The notes: generated by a model from the letters alone, not told the origin. A DNA stretch of 64,000 nt from Chloroflexia bacterium (GCA_036386675.1 DASVVE010000065.1:11408-75407), one strand, 5' to 3'; positions 33,439-43,848 are shown, numbered from the stretch's first letter. Made by a program: numbers and translations.

Positions 33439-36345
33439 ATGGAGTCTACAAACAGGAGGGACCCACGGCTTGCTGGAGGGGCATACACGGCGTTGCAGAG
33501 CCTCCTGGGAGCGGTAGCTCACACTGTGGGGGCAACGCAGGTCTGCCTCATCTCGCCCAGCTACGACCCCGAGTGCATCACCCTGGTCCAGTCCGGCGAG
33601 GCATCTGGCGAGGGAGAGCCTTTCGAGTCGCGTGAGAGCGACGTGACAGTGCCCGTGCGCTACGGGGAACTTGAGCTTGCGCAACTCGTAGTGGTGGAAG
33701 CCGCTACCACCGTAGACCGAGAGCGTCTTGACGCATTCGCGCGAGCAGCAGGCTACATCCTGGGGCATGCCGAGCAGGTGTCAAGGGCCGAATCGGTCAT
33801 GGAAGAGACACGAGTGCTGCGGGAGCTTGGCATGCGTCTCGGCCAGCCAACCGACCTGCAAGAGTTGCTCGACTCGATGCTGGCGGGCGTGCGCCGGGTG
33901 CTCAACGCTGATTACGCAAGCATCGCCACTGTGGAGTCGGACGGCACGACCAGGTGGCTCGCGATGGACGGCTTCCGCACTCCTACATACAGGGACCACA
34001 TTTTCCCGCCGGGGCACGGGGTTTCAGGACGCACCATCGCCGCCGGGCGACCCGTCGTAGTAAGAGATATCGGCACCGATCCCAGCGTGCCTGCCGAGGA
34101 CTTCACGGTCCACATTGCCGAGGGGGGCGTGTCGGCGCTGGGGGTGCCGCTTGTGGCGGGCGGCAAGACGATTGGCGCGCTCATCATGGGCAGCCGCACC
34201 GACCGCGACTGGCAGCAACACGAAATCGAGCTTGCGACCGTGATAGCCAATGGCGCGGCGGTGGCTATCGACCAGAACCGCGCCCAGAGGGCGGAAAGCG
34301 CCCAACGCCACTTCCTGCAAGAGGTAATAGACCATTATCCCGGCATCCTCCTCGTAATGGGCCCACCACCCGATTGGCGCGTCATCCACGCCAACAGCCA
34401 GTTCAGCAGGTTCCTGCCCGAGCCTTATCGCAGCGGCCAGTCCATCGTGGGCCTGAGCGTCCTGGAACTTGGCACTCAAAACACCGAACGATCTGAGGCT
34501 ACGCGGCAGATGCTTGCGCACGTCTTCACCACCGGGGAGCCTATCTCCTTCGAGCAATACGAGTCGGAAAATCCCGAAGCAGGCACCACCTACTGGAACT
34601 GGCAAGCCCTGCCTGTGGACAACCTGACCGGCGACGGGGAGCGCTCCCTCATGCTCATAGCTAACGAAGTCACCGACGTGGTACGCTCCCGGCAGGCCGC
34701 GCAAGAAGGTGCGGAACTGGCGCGGGCCAGGGCTGAAGAACTTGAGATGATCATCAGCCACATGGCCGACGGCGTGATGATTTTCGACCGCAACGGCGAA
34801 GTGCTACGTATGAACCCGGCGGCTGAGATGTTGCTGGGCAAGGGCGTTGTGCCTGGTGCCCTACCCGAGGCGCACGCCGCACTGTACGGGCTGTTCACCG
34901 CCGAGGGCGAACCATATGAGGCCGAGCAGCTACCCTCCATGCGAGCGCTACAGGGCGAGGTGGTTGTGGGTGAGAACGTCCTGGTACGGCAGCCCAACCA
35001 CCCGGAGACCATCCTGGGGATAAGTTGCGCCCCTCTTAGCGGTCCCCAGGGCGAGACAATAGGCGCGGTGGCAGTGCTGCACGACATTACCCAGGACAAG
35101 CTCGTGGAGCGGCTGAAGGACGAGTTCCTTTCCATAGTGAGCCACGAGCTGCGGACGCCTCTCACCGCCATCATTGGCTACAGCGACTTGATGCTTCGTG
35201 GCGTACACGGCGCATTGGCGGACCGCCAGGCGAAGGTGCTCAACTCGGTCCGCGCCAATGCCGACAGGCTGCTGCGCCTGATAAACGACCTGCTCGACGT
35301 TTCCAAGCTGGAGTCGGGCGCGGTGCAGTTGCGCCTCGACCCCCTCGACCTAGGAGAAATCGCCGGTCGTACGTTAGCGCAGACCCGTATCCTGGCGATG
35401 AACGCGGGCGTGCAGATTGCCAACCTGCTCCCCAACAGGCACTTGAACAAGGTCCGGGCCGACGACCAGAAGCTTCAGCAGGTATTCGAGAACCTGATAA
35501 CGAACGCCATCAAACACTCAGCCGGGGGAAGCATAACGATAGACGGCTACCTCACGCCTCTGGAGCCTGACGACCCCGGCTTGCTCGTGTACGAGCCACC
35601 TTCGCAACCGCTCGAGGAGGGGCAGGCCCGCAGCCTCGTGGTATCCGTACATGACACCGGGGCGGGCCTCGAAGCGGACCAGCTTGCCCGCATCTGGGAC
35701 AAGTTCTACCAGGTAGACACGACAGTCAAACGCCGCTCTGGTGGGGCGGGACTTGGCCTGACGATAGTGCGCAACCTGGTCGATCTCCACAGCGGGCAGG
35801 TGTGGGCCTACAGCGCGGGGCCGGGTACAGGCAGCACCTTCAGCTTCAGCCTGCCCATCGTGCAGGGGGACTACGGCACTTACACGCGACCCGGCGACAG
35901 GATACCCCTCGGAGCCAGGTCCGTAGAGCAGAGGCGCGATCGCCAACCCGCTATTGGCACGGTGTTGGTTGCCGAGGACGACGCGGACCAGCGGGAAATC
36001 ATCTGCGACATGCTGCAATTGGAAGGCTTCGAGGTGGTGCTAGCCGAAACGGGCGAAGAGGCGCTGGAGCTGGCGACCCAGATCATGCCCTCGGCCATCG
36101 CGCTCGACGTGATCCTGCCGAGGCGCGACGGCTGGGAGGTGCTGGAGGCACTGAGGCAAGACCCCCGCACCAAAGACATCCCGGTGCTGATTATCTCGGT
36201 GGTGGACCAGACCGAGTTCGGCAAGAAGCTGGGCGCGGACGAGTACCTGCTCAAACCGCTCGACCCACGCAGCCTGCGCACCGCCATTCGTCGCCTGGTG
36301 CTCGCCCACGAACGCGACAGAGCCGCCAACCAGCAGAACAACTGA
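33439..36345 (+). CDS. Hybrid sensor histidine kinase (multiple GAF/PAS + HisKA + HATPase_c + C-terminal REC)
   Basis: H-box FLSIVSHELRTPL, ATPase G-boxes, and terminal receiver VLVAEDDADQ...ALDVILPRRDGW. Confidence 0.9.
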   Translation: MESTNRRDPRLAGGAYTALQSLLGAVAHTVGATQVCLISPSYDPECITLVQSGEASGEGEPFESRESDVTVPVRYGELELAQLVVVEAATTVDRERLDAFARAAGYILGHAEQVSRAESVMEETRVLRELGMRLGQPTDLQELLDSMLAGVRRVLNADYASIATVESDGTTRWLAMDGFRTPTYRDHIFPPGHGVSGRTIAAGRPVVVRDIGTDPSVPAEDFTVHIAEGGVSALGVPLVAGGKTIGALIMGSRTDRDWQQHEIELATVIANGAAVAIDQNRAQRAESAQRHFLQEVIDHYPGILLVMGPPPDWRVIHANSQFSRFLPEPYRSGQSIVGLSVLELGTQNTERSEATRQMLAHVFTTGEPISFEQYESENPEAGTTYWNWQALPVDNLTGDGERSLMLIANEVTDVVRSRQAAQEGAELARARAEELEMIISHMADGVMIFDRNGEVLRMNPAAEMLLGKGVVPGALPEAHAALYGLFTAEGEPYEAEQLPSMRALQGEVVVGENVLVRQPNHPETILGISCAPLSGPQGETIGAVAVLHDITQDKLVERLKDEFLSIVSHELRTPLTAIIGYSDLMLRGVHGALADRQAKVLNSVRANADRLLRLINDLLDVSKLESGAVQLRLDPLDLGEIAGRTLAQTRILAMNAGVQIANLLPNRHLNKVRADDQKLQQVFENLITNAIKHSAGGSITIDGYLTPLEPDDPGLLVYEPPSQPLEEGQARSLVVSVHDTGAGLEADQLARIWDKFYQVDTTVKRRSGGAGLGLTIVRNLVDLHSGQVWAYSAGPGTGSTFSFSLPIVQGDYGTYTRPGDRIPLGARSVEQRRDRQPAIGTVLVAEDDADQREIICDMLQLEGFEVVLAETGEEALELATQIMPSAIALDVILPRRDGWEVLEALRQDPRTKDIPVLIISVVDQTEFGKKLGADEYLLKPLDPRSLRTAIRRLVLAHERDRAANQQNN

Positions 36346-36401
36346 GGCGGGGCTACTCAGCGGAGTCTGCCGTGCCCTTTTGGGACGTTAAGGGAGATAC
36401 T

Positions 36402-37103
36402 ATGACGGGACCGGGAGTGCGGGAGTCGCAAGGAGCCGGTGCTCCTCACGAGGGCCAGCCTGTGGTGCTCAGGGGTGAGCCTCTGGAGACGGCACAGGCG
36501 GCGATGATAATGGTGCATGGCCGGGGAGCCAGGGCGGAGGACATCCTGACGCTCGTGGACGAATTGCAGCGCCCAGGAGTTGCATACATTGCACCCCAGG
36601 CCGCGGGCAACGCCTGGTACCCCTACCCCTTCATGACTCCCATGGAGATGAACGAGCCATGGCTTTCCTCCGCGTTGTACACCCTTGAGCAGACCCTGGC
36701 GAGAGTGGAAGAGCACATCCCAGCCGAGCGCATTATCTGGCTGGGATTCTCGCAAGGTGCCTGCCTTGCCACCGAATTCGTGGCGCGGCATGCCCGGCGG
36801 TACGGCGGCATTGTGGGCCTCAGCGGAGGGCTGATAGGGCCTCAGGGCACGCCACGCGACTACCCAGGTTCACTCGACGGTACCACGGTCTTTCTCGGGT
36901 GTAGCGACGTAGACGCCCACATACCTGCCTCACGCGTGGAAGAGACGGCGCAGGTCTTCCGTGGATTGGGCGGCCATGTGACGGCCCGCCTCTATCCCGG
37001 TATGGGCCACCTTGTGAATGCCGACGAGATTGCCTTCGTACAGGGCATGATCGATGCGCTGACGAATGGCGGCACGACATCGCCCTCCGGTACGGGCCGC
37101 TGA
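36402..37103 (+). CDS. Phospholipase/carboxylesterase-family alpha/beta hydrolase
   Basis: GFSQGA nucleophile elbow; AAGGGAG 5 nt upstream of the ATG. The longer track ORF from 35802 overlaps the kinase and is rejected. Confidence 0.7.
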   Translation: MTGPGVRESQGAGAPHEGQPVVLRGEPLETAQAAMIMVHGRGARAEDILTLVDELQRPGVAYIAPQAAGNAWYPYPFMTPMEMNEPWLSSALYTLEQTLARVEEHIPAERIIWLGFSQGACLATEFVARHARRYGGIVGLSGGLIGPQGTPRDYPGSLDGTTVFLGCSDVDAHIPASRVEETAQVFRGLGGHVTARLYPGMGHLVNADEIAFVQGMIDALTNGGTTSPSGTGR

Positions 37104-37119
37104 CGAGCAGCCTGTATCC

Positions 37120-37224
37120 ATGAGCGACAAGCGCCTCACCATGCGGGAAGCTGTTTCGACCTATGTTCGAGACGGCCAAACGCTGGCCCTGGAAGGCTTC
37201 ACCTCCTCCATTCCAGGTAACTAG
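37120..37224 (+). pseudogene. 34-codon remnant of a family I CoA-transferase subunit A (GctA/AtoD-like) N-terminus
   Basis: MSDKRLTMREAVSTYVRDGQTLALEGFTSS matches the conserved N-terminus of CoA-transferase A subunits (MTL.DAI.KYV.DGD.IALGGFT), then stops. Followed by an AT-rich approximately 300-bp tract. Confidence 0.6.
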
Positions 37225-37534
37225 GCACCTGCCACTTACCCTTCGATAGCCCTTCTCCTGTGCTTTTCACTTTTGATGGTTCTCCTTTATATGATGGTTG
37301 CTGAATATGTTGCTTTTCTTTATGTGAATGCCTTATTTGTTATTGCGAAAGACTTCTTTCATGTTGCTTCCCTGATAAGTGGACCGCTGGAGCTAAGTGC
37401 CTGACCTCCTCCGACCACCCAGATAATAATGCTTTTCCGCCCGGCTACCGTGAGTCCGCGTATGGGCCTTGCTTACACCTTTGCGTGTAGCGTCTAACTA
37501 AGACGAAAGTTGTAGGGCATAGAAAGAGAGTAAA

Positions 37535-37575
37535 GCCCCCGCAACGTCTCTAGGACGAAACGGGGGCTTTACTCT
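37535..37575. terminator. Rho-independent terminator (bidirectional)
   Basis: AAAGCCCCCG ... CGGGGGCTTT perfect 10-bp stem with a T-rich tail, downstream of the minus-strand gene ending at 37627. Confidence 0.65.
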
Positions 37576-37626
37576 TTAATTGCCTACAGTTCTTTGTTAT
37601 GTCTACTTATCCAAGGCATGTGAGGC

Positions 37627-38673
37627 TTATGGCTCCTTGGTAGGTTTGGGTTCTTTCGTCGGCTCAGGCTCGTCCGTTGGTTTGGGTTCCTTGGTCGGCT
37701 TAGGTTCGTCAGTGGGCTTTGGTTCTTTGGTTTCCTTTGGCTCTCTGGTCTCCTTCGGCTCCTCGGTTGGCGGGACCTCCTGGGTTGCCGTAGGCTCCTG
37801 TGTGGGTACGCTCGTAAGTATGGCTGCCTGCGTTGGGGTAGTGGTTGGGGTATGCGTAGGCTCCACGTACGGCTGGGGAGTCGGAGTTGGCGTATCGGTA
37901 GGCAAGCTCAATACAGGTGTGTTGGTAGCTGTGGACGGTGAAGGAGCGCTCTTTTCAGTCGGCGTGGCTGAAGGCTTGGGTTTGCTATTCGAGGGTTCGG
38001 CTGTAGGCTTCGGGGTGTCCGTGGGCTTGGGCTGGGAACGCTCGCTAACGGGAGAAGCCGTAGGCACACTCGTCGGAGAAGCTTCAACAGCCGGGCGCTG
38101 ACCTTCCTCAACCGGGGTCCTGCGCGGTTGAGTTGTGGCAGTTGCCGTGTGCGTCGGTTGAGCAGTATTCGTGGCGATTACCTCAGCAAGGGCTGTAGGA
38201 GTTGCCGTTGCCGTGTTCGTAGGTGTGGATGTGGGAGCGACCTGCCTTGCTTGCCTGATAGGCGTCACGGTCCTGGTGGGTGTGGGTGTGGCGGTGGTAG
38301 CAGGGGCTGGTGTGGCCTTGCCGGATTGCTCTTGAGGGGAGGGTGTTTCTGTGGGTGCCAGCCAGGTAAGGCTGGGCGACTGCGGCACCAACCCGTCGGC
38401 ATCATCGCGCTCGAACATCTCGTTGTCCTTGGCTACAGCCGCTGCTATGTCCGCGCTGAGAGGCATGTACACGACGCCGGCCGGGTCCTGGCTGTAGTCC
38501 GCCACCCTGTAGGCCTTCACTTCGCCACGTAGCCACGGCAGATTAGGCGGCAGGAGGGCCAGCCACGCGGTCGCGAATAGCGCGGCCATTCCCAACAGAG
38601 TACCTACCGCGAGGACGCGGAGCTCGCCTGAGGTCTGTCTCGAACGTGGTGCTCTAATGAGATTGGCCCGCAT
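37627..38673 (-). CDS. Membrane-anchored Pro/Thr-rich protein with C-terminal (KEPKPT)n tandem repeats
   Basis: N-terminal TM helix, long PT-rich low-complexity region, and approximately 8 hexapeptide repeats encoded by an 18-nt tandem repeat at 37630-37770. Start overlaps the stop of the cyclase gene at 38673. Confidence 0.55.
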   Translation of the reverse strand: MRANLIRAPRSRQTSGELRVLAVGTLLGMAALFATAWLALLPPNLPWLRGEVKAYRVADYSQDPAGVVYMPLSADIAAAVAKDNEMFERDDADGLVPQSPSLTWLAPTETPSPQEQSGKATPAPATTATPTPTRTVTPIRQARQVAPTSTPTNTATATPTALAEVIATNTAQPTHTATATTQPRRTPVEEGQRPAVEASPTSVPTASPVSERSQPKPTDTPKPTAEPSNSKPKPSATPTEKSAPSPSTATNTPVLSLPTDTPTPTPQPYVEPTHTPTTTPTQAAILTSVPTQEPTATQEVPPTEEPKETREPKETKEPKPTDEPKPTKEPKPTDEPEPTKEPKPTKEP

Positions 38674-40589
38674 CAGCTTGCTCGTCCTGGTCCTGTGACA
38701 GCCGCCGCAGTCGCGTTCTCAGTCGCTGGCTGTTCCGAGTGAAGCGCCTGGATCACCTCAGTCCAGTCCAGGCTCTCCACCGGCCTCTCACTTCGACCCA
38801 GGAGACCGTATGCCAGCACGGGCTTCTGCTTACCGCGCACGTCCATAGGCCCCAGGTCCTCGACCAGCCACTCTGATGGGTCGGAGAGGGCGGCCAGGGT
38901 GTGCTCGCTGAAGGCAATGTCGCAGCCGGTAAGGTCCTTCGTTATGGACTGTAGGCGAGAGGCCAGGTTTACGGCGTCACCGATGACCGTGTATTCCATG
39001 CGGGCTTCCGAGCCGATTTGTCCCGCTACGACGGTGCCGGTGTTGATACCAATGCCCTGGCGGAGCGGTGCCCAACCTTCTTTCGTGCGGTGCTCGTTGA
39101 GCCTGTCGAGGGCGGACTGCATGGCGAGGGCTGTGGACATGGCGCGGTCGGCGTGGTCCGGCATGTCCACCGGCGCGCCAAAGATAATCAGGGTCGAATC
39201 GCCCCCGAACTTGTTGACGATACCGCCGTTCTCCTGGGCCGCCTGGATGACGTTGCTGAAGTGCTCGTTCAGCAGGTCCACGATCGCCGTAGCGGAATAT
39301 TGCTCGGACAGCTTGGTGAAATCCCTCAGGTCGCTGAACAGCACAGTGACTTCCCGCTGCTCGCCGCCCAATTCTATCTGTCCGGCCAGCAGCTTGGCGG
39401 ATACCTCGGGCGACACGAAACGGCCGAACAGATCCTTGACGAACAGCGAATGCCGCAGGCCCGTCACCATGCCGTTGAAACGTGACGCCAGCACCCCTAA
39501 CTCATCCTGGCGGGTGGCTGGGATTTGCACGTCGAGGTCGCCATGGGCCACGTCATTGGAGGCGCTTACCAATTGTGCCACGGGCCTGTGTATACCGGAG
39601 GCGATCATGTGCCCGACGAATACGATCAGCAGCAGACCCAGCGCGAACAGGGGGAGCAACTTCCACACAGTTTCGCGCAGGTTCGAGTCGAGCGTAGTCG
39701 TGCTGAGCATCACCCCGTACACGCCAATGGGAGAGCCCTTGACGCCGTTACCCGGCACCACTCCCAGCGCCTCCACGTACGAGCCACCCGGCAGCGCAAC
39801 CGTCCGCAGGCGCACCTGATCACCCGCCTCGCCCACGACCTCCTGGTACCAACCGCCCGGTAGCGCGGGGACAGGCGGCCTGGCGTCGGAGGAGGTCATC
39901 ATGTACTGCGGGACCCCATCGCTGGTGTAGAAGCCCGCGCCATCGCTGAGGCTGCTCCTGGCAAGTTGCCTCATCAAGCGAGACAGGTCGGTACCCACGA
40001 GCACGGCACCCACTATATTGTCGCCAGTGCGCGCAGGCCCGGCAGTGTAGAACACAGGCCCGTTTGGGGTATTCACCACGGAAGAAGCCTTGTCCAAATT
40101 GCCGGAGGGGTGTAGCGCCGCGTCCACAAGAGCCTTCAGACCGCCGGGCACGCTGTCCAAAGGGGCTGCGCCCTGGCTCTCGGAAAGGTCCAGCAAGGCT
40201 TTCCCTTCGGCGCTCACCACTAACAGCGTGTCAAAGCCGTAATTGACGGCTTGCGGGGCGGCAAGGTTACGCAGGGCCTGAGCGTCCTTCTCGACCAGGG
40301 CGTCAGCAAAGCCTTGCGTGTAAATGATGGCACGCAGCCCCGCCAGTTGGTCTACTTCCGACTTCGTAAGGCCATCGGCGGCACCGCGCGCGGCATCCCG
40401 CAACTGGTTGTTGAAACGTGCGTGCAGCGACTCGTTGGCCGAGCTAAGAAGCACAAACGTCCCGACCATCGCGAACACCGTCGCCAGCACCAGGTAGGGC
40501 ACGATAATCTGGTTGCGCAACCGCCGGGTAAGGAAACCCGCGGCCCTGCTAAACACAGAACCCAAGTTCAGACCAGCCTTGTTAGGCAT
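38673..40589 (-). CDS. Membrane-bound class III adenylate/guanylate cyclase with periplasmic sensor domain and HAMP
   Basis: Two TM helices flanking a approximately 280-aa extracytoplasmic domain; HAMP; cyclase motifs FSDLRDFT ... KFGGDS ... GINTGTVVAGQIGS ... TVIGDAVNLASRL. Confidence 0.85.
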   Translation of the reverse strand: MPNKAGLNLGSVFSRAAGFLTRRLRNQIIVPYLVLATVFAMVGTFVLLSSANESLHARFNNQLRDAARGAADGLTKSEVDQLAGLRAIIYTQGFADALVEKDAQALRNLAAPQAVNYGFDTLLVVSAEGKALLDLSESQGAAPLDSVPGGLKALVDAALHPSGNLDKASSVVNTPNGPVFYTAGPARTGDNIVGAVLVGTDLSRLMRQLARSSLSDGAGFYTSDGVPQYMMTSSDARPPVPALPGGWYQEVVGEAGDQVRLRTVALPGGSYVEALGVVPGNGVKGSPIGVYGVMLSTTTLDSNLRETVWKLLPLFALGLLLIVFVGHMIASGIHRPVAQLVSASNDVAHGDLDVQIPATRQDELGVLASRFNGMVTGLRHSLFVKDLFGRFVSPEVSAKLLAGQIELGGEQREVTVLFSDLRDFTKLSEQYSATAIVDLLNEHFSNVIQAAQENGGIVNKFGGDSTLIIFGAPVDMPDHADRAMSTALAMQSALDRLNEHRTKEGWAPLRQGIGINTGTVVAGQIGSEARMEYTVIGDAVNLASRLQSITKDLTGCDIAFSEHTLAALSDPSEWLVEDLGPMDVRGKQKPVLAYGLLGRSERPVESLDWTEVIQALHSEQPATENATAAAVTGPGRAS

Positions 40590-40750
40590 AGGTAATTATT
40601 CTCCCGCTAAATTTACTCACTCCCTTCATTATAGGTGGGGGCTGAGCATGGGGATATAGCTACACAGGGGTATAAGCTTATGGCCGATTTGTACTAGCGT
40701 GATCGGGTGTGACAGGGAGGATTTTGGCTGCTGCGAGAGGAATCGCCTTG

Positions 40751-42025
40751 TTAGTCGACCAGGCTATTCATTGGAGAGAGCAAGGTGAGAGGGCCTGTGG
40801 CGTACAGGTGATAGACCATGCTGGCCTCAGCAGGTGTTACGCCGTCGGACGCTTCCCTGAGCCGCTGCCACTCCTGGGGCGGCACCATCAGGAAGACCTG
40901 GACCACCCTTGGGTCGAACTTCACGCCGCTCTCCGCGATAAGGATGTCGCGTGCTTCTTCGTAACTACGGGCGGGAGAATAAGGCCTATCCGAGGTGATG
41001 GCATCGAAGGCGTCCACGACGGAGAAGATACGGGCCTCGACGGGAATGTCCTCACCGCGCAGTCCGCACGGATAGCCGCTGCCGTCCCAATTCTCGTGAT
41101 GGAAGCGCACGATAGGTAGCGTCTCGCGGAGGAAGCCGAGGTTCTTCAGCAGCTTGTAGCCAATTTCGGGGTGGCGGCGCATCTCGGCCCATTCCTCGGG
41201 CGAAAGCGGCCCCGGCTTGCGGAGCACGGCGTCAGCGATGCCTATCTTTCCCACGTCGTGCAACAGCGCGCCCTGCTCGATGGACTTAAGCTGCCTGCGG
41301 TCGGTGATGCCCATCATCTTAGCCAGCTTCATGGTGAAGGTGACCACCCGCCGGCTATGCCCGTGCGTGGCGTCGTCGCGGGCGTCCAGTATGCCGGCGA
41401 GCGTCTGGAGCGTAGACCTGTGGGCCTCCTTCAGCTCGTCGTACGCCTGCTCAAGTTGCTCGGCCTTGAGGAGCTGTTCTTCGTACAGGCGGGCGTTCTC
41501 GATAGCGATAGCCGCCGCATCCGCCAATACCTCCAATAGCTCGACGTCCTCGGCCTCGAAGTCCTGCCCTGAAAGCTTGTCTACCAATTCGACCACGCCG
41601 ATTATATTGCCGTGTACCTTCAGGGGCACGCTCAACAGCTTGCGGGTGGTATAGCCGGTTTTCTTGTCTACCTGCCCGGAGAAATAGGGGCTGTTCGCGG
41701 TGTCATTCTCGATGTAGGGGGTGCCGAGCAAGGCCGTTACTCCCACCACGCTGCGGTCGTTGATGGGCAACGTCAGGCCAACCAGTTGGTCTGCTGCCGG
41801 GCCGCACGCCACGCGGAACGTGAGGCTGCGACCATCGGGGGTGACGAGCAGCAGCGAGCCACCCTCAGCCAATATCAACTCGGCGGCCGAGGCCATGATC
41901 TGGTTCAACAGCTTGTCCAGCTTAATTATGGAATTGAGCGACCGGATTATACCGTACAGCCTCCGCAGGCGGTCGGGGGATGTGTGCATATTTGTAGGCT
42001 GTAGTGGTTCAGTATGTAAGCTCAT
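40751..42025 (-). CDS. GAF domain - HD-GYP phosphodiesterase
   Basis: GAF N-terminus; HDVGK ... HHENWDGSGYP motifs. Confidence 0.85.
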   Translation of the reverse strand: MSLHTEPLQPTNMHTSPDRLRRLYGIIRSLNSIIKLDKLLNQIMASAAELILAEGGSLLLVTPDGRSLTFRVACGPAADQLVGLTLPINDRSVVGVTALLGTPYIENDTANSPYFSGQVDKKTGYTTRKLLSVPLKVHGNIIGVVELVDKLSGQDFEAEDVELLEVLADAAAIAIENARLYEEQLLKAEQLEQAYDELKEAHRSTLQTLAGILDARDDATHGHSRRVVTFTMKLAKMMGITDRRQLKSIEQGALLHDVGKIGIADAVLRKPGPLSPEEWAEMRRHPEIGYKLLKNLGFLRETLPIVRFHHENWDGSGYPCGLRGEDIPVEARIFSVVDAFDAITSDRPYSPARSYEEARDILIAESGVKFDPRVVQVFLMVPPQEWQRLREASDGVTPAEASMVYHLYATGPLTLLSPMNSLVD

Positions 42026-42300
42026 ATGCTTAGCGCAGAGGTGCCTCTTCTAAAAGGCGCAGGCTGGAACGCCGAAGGTCGGGCACCATTTACCCTGGCG
42101 CTGGTCCCTCGATACACATTGTAATGTTTGAGGTGGTGTCTTCGTAATAGCACAAGGGTACTCCACACAATCAGAAGAGAGTACCAAATAGCAGTGTGAG
42201 CACTAAAAGCCTCGGGAGACGGCAACACTTGAGGCTCCAAGCGGAAAAGGGTAGCCGGACAGAGCAGCTACCCCTTTCCCTTCAACGGCAAACGCGCTTC

Positions 42301-43848
42301 CTAGCGCCGGGGCACCCCTGTGGTTCCCGTTGTGAACTGCCACGTCCGGTCAAATGAGATGGTGCCAACTGCTCCGCGCGCACGGACGGAATAGGTCGTA
42401 TTCGCCTTTAGCGGTCCGACGGGAATCATCATGAAGCAGTTGTAGTGGGCCTCCCGACAATGGGCCGTGCTTGGGTGCACAGCCACGACTTGCCCACCGC
42501 TATCGCGCATCTCCGCATGGTCCACTCGGAGCAGGCCGTACGCACCCTGCAATGTGAAGGGGTAGCCGGCGGGCAGGGTGGCACCGGCGGGGAGTGGGTC
42601 GGGGAACTCGATATAGTTCCAGCTTGTCGGCACCCCGCTGTGCTTGTCAACCGGGTAAGCCATAAGGTAGGGGTCGCGCTTGGGCATAGTATCAAGCGGA
42701 CCTGTGCCGAGATCGACAACGCTGTAGGCAACCCGGTTGTTGCGCCCCCGCGCCGGGTCAGCCGCCAACACCGCGCGCCCATAGCCGACCTGCCGGAAGT
42801 CTGTGTTCAGGACTATCACGCGGTGCAGAGGCAGGTCTATCAAGGCGTCTATGCTCGCCGAGGGGTCTTCTATGGGCACCAGCACGTTGGAGACCCTGTA
42901 ACCCGAGGAGTAGCTATAACCTGCCGCCTGTACGCGCTCCAGTATTCCCGCGCCCGTGAATCCTGGCCGCCCCCCGACCTGGACGTGCGGATTGCTGCCC
43001 TCTCCATTCAAGACAAGGTAGTTCGCGTGCCCCTGGGCGGAAACCACCAGCGATGAATGTTGTTCTACCATAGGCGAGCCTACTAGCTGCCGGTAGTAGT
43101 TGAGCCTGTCCAGCCCTTGCCGCGCCGAGGCGACGTTCATCTCGTTGCCCAACAGCCCAAGCAGCACTCGGTACTGTGCGGGGTTGTTTGGGTGGTGCTC
43201 AAAGCGGGCGCGCTCGAACCACTGCGTCAACACCTGCTGCCCGTTGGCGGCGAGTTCCATCTGCGCTTCAGTAATGGGATAGCCGTAGAGGGCAACGCTC
43301 TCCCGCTGGCTCGTCCCGGTGTCGCCCAGGTCAAGCCCCTGGGTCCGCCAGTACTCCCAGAACTGTGGTGCGATGGCATGCCCGGTCTCGGGAAAGTAAT
43401 GCGGGGTGGAAGCGGCGGCCCTGGGCAGCGTCATAGGGTCTCGGCCCGTTTGCCTCAGTCGCTGCTCTCCGAGCCGCCCCAGGAGCACACGGTAGGGAGG
43501 TTGGTTCTCAGGGTGCAACTCAAAGCGGTTGCGCTCGAACCACTGTGTCAGGAAGATAGAGGTGCTGGCGGGGTCGATCTCCGGCCTCGCGGGTGTGACC
43601 GGGTAGCCGAAGGCAGGCAGGCCGCCATTCTGCTCCCAGTACAGCCGGAACTCCCCTTCTATACACTCGCCCGTTTGTGGGAAGCACTGGCGGGCGGCCT
43701 GCGCTGAGGCGAGCCTGGAGGTGCTCACGTCCGGGAGTGACGGGGTCGCCAATAGCAGCACCAGACAAAGAGTAGCTATGGCGGTGGGGCGGGTCTTCAT
43801 CAAGTCACCTTTCTGCGGTGTTCGTAGCGCGGTCGTGGGTGCGGGCAC
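42301..43848 (-). CDS. Secreted protein with two LGFP-like repeats and an uncharacterised C-terminal domain
   Basis: Signal peptide; repeats FPQTGECIEGEFRLYWEQNGGLPAFGYPVT...QWFERNRFELHP and FPETGHAIAPQFWEYWRTQG...GYPITE...QWFERARFEHHP. Confidence 0.6.
   Translation of the reverse strand: MPAPTTALRTPQKGDLMKTRPTAIATLCLVLLLATPSLPDVSTSRLASAQAARQCFPQTGECIEGEFRLYWEQNGGLPAFGYPVTPARPEIDPASTSIFLTQWFERNRFELHPENQPPYRVLLGRLGEQRLRQTGRDPMTLPRAAASTPHYFPETGHAIAPQFWEYWRTQGLDLGDTGTSQRESVALYGYPITEAQMELAANGQQVLTQWFERARFEHHPNNPAQYRVLLGLLGNEMNVASARQGLDRLNYYRQLVGSPMVEQHSSLVVSAQGHANYLVLNGEGSNPHVQVGGRPGFTGAGILERVQAAGYSYSSGYRVSNVLVPIEDPSASIDALIDLPLHRVIVLNTDFRQVGYGRAVLAADPARGRNNRVAYSVVDLGTGPLDTMPKRDPYLMAYPVDKHSGVPTSWNYIEFPDPLPAGATLPAGYPFTLQGAYGLLRVDHAEMRDSGGQVVAVHPSTAHCREAHYNCFMMIPVGPLKANTTYSVRARGAVGTISFDRTWQFTTGTTGVPRR

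Noticed and set aside
35802-36401. 5' extension of the esterase ORF overlapping the 3' end of the hybrid histidine kinase
   Set aside because: The extension is the kinase gene read in another frame. A good RBS (AAGGGAG) precedes the ATG at 36402.
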